A stretch of 64,000 nucleotides of DNA, taken from IMG/VR virus record IMGVR_UViG_3300008267_000040, positions 1-64,000 of that record. One strand, written 5' to 3'. The notes beneath the pieces were generated by a model, which did not search any database, was not told the origin of the DNA, and saw only the letters and a program-made list of their open reading frames with translations. Both the position numbers and the translations under genes were made by a program. Within the stretch, counting starts at the first letter, position 1. Each line of letters begins with the position of its first letter. The stretch is from a virus. Of this stretch, positions 56,436 through 64,000 are shown in pieces.

Positions 56436-59400
56436 CTATTTTAGACCACGAGTTCTATATACGTCTGGAGCAGTTGATAATCCAATCAATCCATTATTGG
56501 TATTTACGGGGAAATTTCTTGGTTGGAATCTTGTTCTATTTTGGAAATCATAAATCTTGCCCCAAGTATATTTTCCATAAATTCCATTTTCATTAGTGTT
56601 AGTATCTACTTGGATTGGAATGTTTCCTGGTCCAGTTGTAAAGTAGCATCTTACTGTAACTATTCCAGAAACAGCAGGTGAAACTGTGCCAACTCTATAA
56701 ACACCATCAAGATACGAAGTTGCAGTTCCAACTCTTGATGCTGGATAATTATTCATTCCCCCCATTGAAGTAGTAATTCCAGTTAATGCATGACCAACTG
56801 TAGAATTGCTATTGTAAATTACAAAATAATCATTTACTTCTAATTGACTATTTGTTACTCCAAATGTATTCAGTGAGGAATAACCAATACCCAAAGTTAC
56901 ATTATCATATTGCTCACTCTTCAGTACAAAATCAATATGAGTAGCACCAACACCAACATAAGTAATTACACCAAAATCACCTTTAGATTTGATTGAATAT
57001 ATCTTTTCACTAACTGCATCATCACCTTCAAGAAGAACTGGTGGTGGAGTTGATTGCGAATAACCAAATCCAGGATTTACAACTCGAATTGAAGACACAG
57101 CACCATTTGATACTGTGGAAACTCCTGTTGCTCTGTTGTAAATTGGTTCAGCATACATTGTGGTTCCAGAAGTTCCAACGAGTAAATATCTACCCTCTTC
57201 AGCAATAATTGGTCCAATTGGTCTTATTTCTGGAGGTAATGGAGCAGGTATAAATGCAAGATCTTTTACTACATTGTTCTGGTTTGTTAACCTTTGTGTC
57301 CAATATTGTAAATCCAAGGAGAATAGTAATTGATTTGTGCCAGTTAAAGCAACATATACACCATACTCGTATTTTATATTAATTAGGTCATCTGATATAT
57401 TTGGAATTATTCTTTCCCAACCAGTATTTCCAGTTGTAGAAACAAAAATTGTTGCATTTTGTCCAACAGCAACAAATTGAGTTCCTGTCCATATAACTTT
57501 TTCAAAATTTCTGGTTGTTGGTAAAGAAACAATTCTGTCCCAAATATTTCCATTAGTAGAATGAATAATTGTTCCACTATCACCAACGACAACAAATCTT
57601 GCGTCATTGTTGGCAACACCATTTAAATTAGTAAACACTGGTGGATTTTTCTTAAAGAATGCAGTTGTTCCAATTCCTACACCAGTAAATAGACCAATTC
57701 CATCACCAACTGCAACAGCAGTCCTTCTCAATGAGGAATAACTAATATCATTAAATGTATTGTAATAACTACTAAAATTGATGATAGGATCTGGAAGACC
57801 AACGACAACCTGCTCTTCAAGTAATTTTATTTCTGTCCATGCAGATAAAGTTGTATTAATACCAACTGATGTTGCAATCTTTGCAAATTCACCAACAACA
57901 TAATAACGATTAGGTTCTGCAACAGATACGGAGTTGAAAGATATTGTCTGTCCATAACCTATGGATGATTGGGACCATTCTATTCCATTTGTAGATATTG
58001 CAACTATTCCACTTGAACCAACAGAAACAATTGGATTTCCTATTACAACTTTATTTAAAGTATAAGAAGAAGATATTCCATTGTTTGACCCTTTCCAGTT
58101 ATAAATTGGGTCTTTTCTTTGTATGAATGCTGAAGATATTGCAACAATTGGATTTGTTAATGTATTATAACCAGTTCCTGCATACGAAATAGATAGACTC
58201 GAAATTGTTGACGCAGAAGAAACAATAGCAGTAGATATTGCTGGTTGAATATCATTTACATCTACAATAATAACATCTCTTAAGTTTTCACTCAGTAAAT
58301 CAACCTCACTGAAAAGTGGGAATGCATTATTAACGTATATCTTTTCATCTTCGGAGAAAACATTTGCAATTAACTTTGTATTTGGGGTTATTCTTGATTT
58401 TAAGTCTGGTCTGGATTTGGAATATAAGACACCATTGATAATTCTATCTACAGTTTGCTTTGCCCATCTCAATGGCCTTTCTTTTGTTACATCGGTGTTT
58501 ATGCCAATGCTATCATATGTAAATGTATCTAAAGCATCAGAGGATACAATCTTTTTGACAATTCTTTCAAATTGTGGTCTATCTCCAGGGTCTAAAATAT
58601 TTTCTCCAATTTGTATGGTATCACCTTCTTTTATTGTTTTTGGTGGGTCAATTTGTTCAACATCTAAGTCAGATCCTCTAAAGAATAGTATGGTGCATTT
58701 TGAATTTTCTTTTGGTGCTTCAGTAAAAGTAAGTCTAGATCCGTTAAATGTGTATGATTTTATTGGTTCCTGCAATACATCATTTATAAACACAAATAGA
58801 TTATTTTCAATCTGAACATCTGTGCTAGGGTCAGATTTTAGACTCAATACTTCTGTTGTTCCTCCTTGAGATATGGTCAGTGTGAATTTTTTCTTTGAAC
58901 CAGTAAAGTATTTTGCTATGTCATCAAATTGTATAAATTGACCTGGATAGAAACCACTAAACTTATCTGTCAGTGTTTCCTCTACTGTAATTCTAAACTC
59001 ACTAAATCCAATTCCAATTGATGGATTTGTTGTTACACCAACTACTTTTAATACATCACCTACCTTATAATATAATCCTGGTTCTTCAATATCAAATCCA
59101 ATTACATTTCCTTGATTTCCTACAATAACTGAAGCCTTTGCACCAAATCCATTTCCTGTGGACCCAGAAATATACTCTAAAGGCAAATCACTATAACTTG
59201 ATGGAATTCCAATTAATACTCTTGGAACTGGTGATGTTGTATATCCAGTTCCTGGATTGACAATGGAAATTGATGTAATAGTTCCTCCAGTTCCTATTAT
59301 TGCAACTAAAGAAGCACCAGTACCGACATTTGATAAAATTTCAATTTTTGGTGGAGTCCTATACCCACTACCGAAACCTTTTATAGTTACTGCTGATATT

Positions 59401-61277
59401 GTTCCTGCAGCAGAAACTGTTACTGTTGCACCAGCACCAACTAATGGTTGATAACCATATCCAGTAGTAATCCCAGTTCTAACAATTTTACCTGCGCCTG
59501 GTGTTCCAGTTAAGAATTTAATTCTATTTTTTGCTGGATTGTCAATAACAAAATCAGTATTTGATATCTGTGGAATATTATTAATTAGTACAATTGGATT
59601 ATTATTAACATCAATTGAACTTGTTAAAACTGTGTTGGTATTTGTATAAATTCCTACAATATCTTGATCATAATTCTGGAGGAAAAATTCTGTTGAAGAA
59701 GCACCAACAAATTTTGTCGATATGTCATCGAAAATCACATTTTTATCATTTGGAGTTCCTGGGTCAAACTTTCTTGTGAATGCTCTTCCAGAAAAACTAG
59801 ACGTTATTTTAAGTCCTTCATATCCAGATGGTCCATATGGTGGTGTAGTGAAATGAATTTCATCTTTAGATATATTAAAATCACCTCTAAGGATAGTAAC
59901 AGCAGCACCAACTGTATGATAACCAACCCTAGAACCCAAGTACCCTCTTGTTACATTGAAGGCATTTGTAGAACCTATTCCGATGGTATTAATTTTTAAA
60001 TACTCAGAATCAATTTGGATTGTATCTAATGATGTGATTGATGAGATTCCCGAAAGATAGATTATGTCTGTGGTGACACCAACTATTGAAACTAAAGATA
60101 CAGATAAATCTCTCTTATATAAAGGACTTTGAATAATATTATCTACTGATATAATTGCACTAGCATTTGGATTATTAAATGTAAATGACTGATATCCTGT
60201 CCCATAAGAAATGATATCCAATTCATTTGATGTAGATAGTCCAGATACTTTATAATTATCATTGTCTATCTTAGAGACATACAATGTTGATGGTAATTTA
60301 TCTGTTCCTAAAACCTTCGGAGTTAAATATAAATCATCAGCAGGAGTTACACCACCAACTGAAGAACCTAAAATTTTGATTTTATCTGTTAATGCATATC
60401 CAACACCACCATTTGCCACAGTGATGGAAGACACATCACCAAAAGAATTTCTAGATACATTAAATCTAGCACCAGAACCAAATCCAATTATTGTTGAACT
60501 TGGGAGATTTGAATATGAACTTCCTGCTTGACCAACAATCCTAGTGTTAGCAACAGAGGAAACAGTAAATGATAAATCATTTGTCGGACTTGTTCCATTC
60601 ATAAAGGTTCCAGAAATTGAAACCGTATCACCAACTGCATATCCTCTTCCACCTTCTCTCAAAACTAAAGATGTAGAAATAGGATATCCAGTAGATGAGT
60701 TGTAAACAATGAAGACATTGAACTTTGCTCCAGTTCCAACCCCACTTGTTGAGTATGCTGGGAATGGGTCAAAAAATCCGTAGAATCTATTTTGATTGAG
60801 GGAAAAATCTGGAGTTATTGAAGCAGATGTTCCAACAATAGCAGTTGAGATAGCAACATTGTATCCATTCTCAAAAATTGAAGTCCCATTTCCACCTTCA
60901 ACCTGCATGATGATTGAAGATTCCGTAGATGCTACAGACAAATATGGAGCAGTATCTGGTCCTTTTCTGACTATCAATGAACTTTCAACATATGATGTAG
61001 TCGCAATTCCAACTTGTGTCCCCAAATCTTCAGTTGTTGGAAAATATCCAGATCCAGAATTTAAAATAGCAACTCTTCTAATTGAACCATCAACAATTAC
61101 TGGATAAAATAAACCTTCAACAAGAGGCACTTTTGTTCCAGATATTTCTATTTTTGGTGGGTCAGTTGATGCATAACCAGCACCACCATTTAAAACATCT
61201 ATAGATGAAACACCATACTCTGAATTAAAGTTAGGTCTTAAAACAGCACCTGAACCTGGAACTTCTCTTGTTGACAT
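56436..61277 (-). CDS. Baseplate wedge initiator gp7-like protein with an inserted BNR-type beta-propeller (1613 aa)
   Basis: Directly upstream of gp8; GxGY repeats, TIKEGD.IQI motif, VG..G.I..S.(N/D)G..W propeller blades and a C-terminal GKYTWGKI motif. Confidence 0.7.
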   Translation of the reverse strand: MSTREVPGSGAVLRPNFNSEYGVSSIDVLNGGAGYASTDPPKIEISGTKVPLVEGLFYPVIVDGSIRRVAILNSGSGYFPTTEDLGTQVGIATTSYVESSLIVRKGPDTAPYLSVASTESSIIMQVEGGNGTSIFENGYNVAISTAIVGTSASITPDFSLNQNRFYGFFDPFPAYSTSGVGTGAKFNVFIVYNSSTGYPISTSLVLREGGRGYAVGDTVSISGTFMNGTSPTNDLSFTVSSVANTRIVGQAGSSYSNLPSSTIIGFGSGARFNVSRNSFGDVSSITVANGGVGYALTDKIKILGSSVGGVTPADDLYLTPKVLGTDKLPSTLYVSKIDNDNYKVSGLSTSNELDIISYGTGYQSFTFNNPNASAIISVDNIIQSPLYKRDLSVSLVSIVGVTTDIIYLSGISSITSLDTIQIDSEYLKINTIGIGSTNAFNVTRGYLGSRVGYHTVGAAVTILRGDFNISKDEIHFTTPPYGPSGYEGLKITSSFSGRAFTRKFDPGTPNDKNVIFDDISTKFVGASSTEFFLQNYDQDIVGIYTNTNTVLTSSIDVNNNPIVLINNIPQISNTDFVIDNPAKNRIKFLTGTPGAGKIVRTGITTGYGYQPLVGAGATVTVSAAGTISAVTIKGFGSGYRTPPKIEILSNVGTGASLVAIIGTGGTITSISIVNPGTGYTTSPVPRVLIGIPSSYSDLPLEYISGSTGNGFGAKASVIVGNQGNVIGFDIEEPGLYYKVGDVLKVVGVTTNPSIGIGFSEFRITVEETLTDKFSGFYPGQFIQFDDIAKYFTGSKKKFTLTISQGGTTEVLSLKSDPSTDVQIENNLFVFINDVLQEPIKSYTFNGSRLTFTEAPKENSKCTILFFRGSDLDVEQIDPPKTIKEGDTIQIGENILDPGDRPQFERIVKKIVSSDALDTFTYDSIGINTDVTKERPLRWAKQTVDRIINGVLYSKSRPDLKSRITPNTKLIANVFSEDEKIYVNNAFPLFSEVDLLSENLRDVIIVDVNDIQPAISTAIVSSASTISSLSISYAGTGYNTLTNPIVAISSAFIQRKDPIYNWKGSNNGISSSYTLNKVVIGNPIVSVGSSGIVAISTNGIEWSQSSIGYGQTISFNSVSVAEPNRYYVVGEFAKIATSVGINTTLSAWTEIKLLEEQVVVGLPDPIINFSSYYNTFNDISYSSLRRTAVAVGDGIGLFTGVGIGTTAFFKKNPPVFTNLNGVANNDARFVVVGDSGTIIHSTNGNIWDRIVSLPTTRNFEKVIWTGTQFVAVGQNATIFVSTTGNTGWERIIPNISDDLINIKYEYGVYVALTGTNQLLFSLDLQYWTQRLTNQNNVVKDLAFIPAPLPPEIRPIGPIIAEEGRYLLVGTSGTTMYAEPIYNRATGVSTVSNGAVSSIRVVNPGFGYSQSTPPPVLLEGDDAVSEKIYSIKSKGDFGVITYVGVGATHIDFVLKSEQYDNVTLGIGYSSLNTFGVTNSQLEVNDYFVIYNSNSTVGHALTGITTSMGGMNNYPASRVGTATSYLDGVYRVGTVSPAVSGIVTVRCYFTTGPGNIPIQVDTNTNENGIYGKYTWGKIYDFQNRTRFQPRNFPVNTNNGLIGLSTAPDVYRTRGLK

Positions 61278-61282
61278 ATTTT

Positions 61283-61513
61283 TTACTTATTATAAACACC
61301 ACGGGGGAATAATTGTCCTTTTGCTGGTCTTCTTCCTGTAAGATAACCAGGGGTAGATATGTCCTCATCTCTCAATGGAAGATTACCAATAGAAATTGTT
61401 CCATTTGTCTCTGGAATTACAAATGGAGTTGTTGCCGAATCAAATGTATATTCAACATTTGCATCTGTTCCAGAAACTTGAGGATCTAGTGAAATGAAAG
61501 TGAATTCAGGCAT
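61283..61513 (-). CDS. Hypothetical protein (76 aa)
   Basis: Start overlaps the upstream stop (TGATG); C-terminal GYLTGRRP..GQLFPRG. Confidence 0.65.
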   Translation of the reverse strand: MPEFTFISLDPQVSGTDANVEYTFDSATTPFVIPETNGTISIGNLPLRDEDISTPGYLTGRRPAKGQLFPRGVYNK

Positions 61514-63396
61514 CAGACTACCCTCGCACAGAATAAAATACCAGTTGTCCTTACTGTCTGAATATAAGAACCATTAATTACCTTATAAACTTCAGATGGA
61601 CTTACTGTAACAGTATCATTTTGTTGAATATTTACACCTGGTAAGTTGTAAGAAAATTCAATTAAAACAAAATCATCAGGGATATAATATGGAACTGGAA
61701 CTAATTGTCCATTTATTGGTATTCCTTTAATTACAGCATTAAAATCTGCATTAGATGCTATTTGTCTGTTGCCATTATACCCACCAGCACCTCTTTCTGG
61801 TGATTGAGATGCACTTCTATAATAGATTCTTTTACTTGAATTATTCGTAGAATAATAATATTCATTAGGATTATATGCAGCAGTAGAAACATACACATCC
61901 TCAGTATAAATGTTTGCATAATTAGAAGATGAATTTAGTGTGCTATATCCAAATTCTGCTGCTCTCTTTGACTGCCCACTGGCATAGTCTGTGTCTATAT
62001 TTCCTGCAGTCCAAGTTCTAAAGGTTATACTTGGTCTAAAATTTCCTGACCCAGATGGACCTGGAAGAACTTGAGTAAAACCACTTATGAATAACTCATC
62101 CAAGTCCCATAAGTTTGGATTTTCAAAATTATGTAAAATAAAAGTCCCGTAAGTATTATCTGAAATTTTTTGACTAGAAAGAGTTGGTGCTTTATAAGAT
62201 AATACTGAGAATGATGGGTCAAGACCTGAACGATAAATGTTTAAATCTAATTTATACCCAGTATTTGAACCAGTAATTATTTTATTTCCACTATTTCCAT
62301 TTTGAGATGAATATCTTCTCAAGTTATTAAGATTTTCAAAAGTACTATAGAAATCTGTTGGTCTTGTTTGGTTATCAAGTTTTTCTGATCCAACCCATCT
62401 TCTAGAATATGACATTCCACCAAAAGTCAAAGATCCAGCAGCATATGGATGGAATCCACTTCCTGCACCTAAAATTAAATTATAATCATCATAAATTAAA
62501 AACATCCTATATGTTGTTCCATATTTTTTATTTGGATTTATTGGTTGTTTTAATATAGCACCACTATTGTATCCACTTGATGAAAGTTGCTTATAGTAAA
62601 ATGAACTTGTTGTTCCATATCCAATTGGATTTACATCTCCAGTATTTGCTGGGAGAACAACAATGGTGCCTCCATTTATACCAGAACTAGTATTATCTTC
62701 AATATAATACGTTCCTGCCTGACCAGGAAGAGGTGACCAAGTTAAACTAAAACCATTATTAATATTATATGGTGCATTAAACGCAAGAGAATGTATAGCA
62801 TAAGCATAACCAGGAGTAGTTGTTTTTGCAATTCCTAGAGTATAACCATAACTATTAGTAAGTGTTAAAGTATCTCCTTCTCTAATGGTTATGGTTGTAT
62901 TGGCACCACCAACCGTACCATTTCTATCTTGTCCATTTATAATAAAATTATTACTAGAAATATTGGAAAATGTACATGCATATGATACGTTTCCAGTTAC
63001 AGTTGCTGCTATTGCTACTTTAACTTGGAAATTAACAGCTCCATTTGCTGCACCACCAATATCTGCTGCAGGTACTGTTACTATTTCTCCCCCAGTATAT
63101 CCATATCCTGGTCTATTTACATTGATATTGATAATTATTCCAGAACTTCTATAAACATCTAATGTGAGACCAGTTCCTATTCCAGATTCCGATGTTGTGG
63201 GAACATCAAAGTAATCATCATTGGTTGTACCAACAGTTCCACCAATACCAGCAGTAAATGTTGTAACTCCAACAACAAGACCACTATCAGTCCCGCCATG
63301 AAGATCCAACCAATCAAAAGCACTTTCTAGTTGATCGATTAAACTACTGGATGCCCATCCAGGATTTACAGAAATTGTTGTAGTTGTAATTGCCAT
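61513..63396 (-). CDS. Putative virion structural protein (627 aa)
   Basis: Gly/Ser/Thr/Asn-rich; NRPGYGY module; C-terminal PVPYYIPDDFVLI...SEVY.VI. Confidence 0.7.
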   Translation of the reverse strand: MAITTTTISVNPGWASSSLIDQLESAFDWLDLHGGTDSGLVVGVTTFTAGIGGTVGTTNDDYFDVPTTSESGIGTGLTLDVYRSSGIIININVNRPGYGYTGGEIVTVPAADIGGAANGAVNFQVKVAIAATVTGNVSYACTFSNISSNNFIINGQDRNGTVGGANTTITIREGDTLTLTNSYGYTLGIAKTTTPGYAYAIHSLAFNAPYNINNGFSLTWSPLPGQAGTYYIEDNTSSGINGGTIVVLPANTGDVNPIGYGTTSSFYYKQLSSSGYNSGAILKQPINPNKKYGTTYRMFLIYDDYNLILGAGSGFHPYAAGSLTFGGMSYSRRWVGSEKLDNQTRPTDFYSTFENLNNLRRYSSQNGNSGNKIITGSNTGYKLDLNIYRSGLDPSFSVLSYKAPTLSSQKISDNTYGTFILHNFENPNLWDLDELFISGFTQVLPGPSGSGNFRPSITFRTWTAGNIDTDYASGQSKRAAEFGYSTLNSSSNYANIYTEDVYVSTAAYNPNEYYYSTNNSSKRIYYRSASQSPERGAGGYNGNRQIASNADFNAVIKGIPINGQLVPVPYYIPDDFVLIEFSYNLPGVNIQQNDTVTVSPSEVYKVINGSYIQTVRTTGILFCARVV

Positions 63397-63402
63397 TTAA
63401 AC

Positions 63403-64000
63403 TTATGCCTCCAGTTGAAGAATGGTTAAATCTGCTGTAATGGATTGGGTAGTTCCCGATAAATTTTTAATTGATGCGTAAATTAGACCGACTTTCATCA
63501 AAGCATATGATTTGAATCCAGCAATATTTGTATTGCCAATACCGTTATTAGCAATTGATGTTGTTACACCAGTAACTACAACTCTTGATTGTAATGAACC
63601 ACCAGATGAGGTTACAGTAACAACTCCAGCAGAAACTGGTGAGACATCTAATCCTGAACCAAAATTAATTGTTCCTGCAGTACCTACTATTGCATTATCA
63701 TCTTTAATTTCAATACCAGTTCCAGATGCTATAACACCAAACAATGCACTTCCATCAAGAGCAGGAAGTGCTCCCACCAAAGATCCCGAATTAAGATTGG
63801 TTAGATTTGCTCCAGAACCAGAGAATGATGCTGCTGTAATAAAACCAACAGTGTTAATATTAATTGTTGTTGAAACTGCACTAGATATTCCAGCAGTAGT
63901 TGCATATCCAGCAGTTCCTGATGCCGTAGATACTCCAGCAGTTATTGCATAATTAGAAGTTACAGATACTGTCGATATTCCAGCAGTTGCTGAATAAGTT
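63403..64000 (-). CDS. C-terminal part of a tail-fibre-like protein (starts beyond the right edge)
   Basis: The frame of the 125-aa track ORF stays open to the window end; YA.TAG(I/V)ST repeats, FSGSGANLTNL and GALPALDGSAL fibre motifs. Confidence 0.8.
   Translation of the reverse strand, partial: TYSATAGISTVSVTSNYAITAGVSTASGTAGYATTAGISSAVSTTININTVGFITAASFSGSGANLTNLNSGSLVGALPALDGSALFGVIASGTGIEIKDDNAIVGTAGTINFGSGLDVSPVSAGVVTVTSSGGSLQSRVVVTGVTTSIANNGIGNTNIAGFKSYALMKVGLIYASIKNLSGTTQSITADLTILQLEA

Noticed and set aside
1-64000. tRNA, rRNA or structured ncRNA genes
   Set aside because: Intergenic gaps are short (mostly under 120 bp) and AT-rich, holding only promoters and terminators; none was recognised by eye, and tRNAscan/Infernal were not run

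Overview
A 64 kb slice of the late (virion structural) region of a T4-like myovirus, most similar in gene content and protein style to T4-like cyanophages; the host is inferred, not shown. All genes except one lie on the minus strand. In transcription order (right to left) the window holds a truncated fibre-like gene, the baseplate genes (gp7-like, gp8, a 2516-aa DUF4815/VrlC-like protein) and a large block of accessory fibre/structural genes. Next come three tandem Cys/Gly-rich paralogues and a chaperone-like gene, then a late-promoted modification cluster: GT9 heptosyltransferase-like enzyme, two NodU/CmcH carbamoyltransferases, split HldE nucleotidyltransferase and kinase, HAD phosphatase, cupin, and an inverted HldD epimerase. 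The canonical T4 module gp13-14-15-16-17-18-19-20-67-21-22-23 follows, with gp23 running off the left edge. T4-type late promoter motifs (TATAAATA and variants) precede many genes. Two short ORFs missing from the supplied track were recovered: a gp67-like gene and a 59-aa NblA-like candidate. The best candidate for an undescribed system is a phage-encoded NDP-heptose/carbamoyl pathway that may decorate the adjacent Cys-rich fibre-tip proteins. No tRNA, rRNA, CRISPR array, integrase, transposase, intein or reverse transcriptase was recognised. All family assignments come from motif recognition, not database searches.
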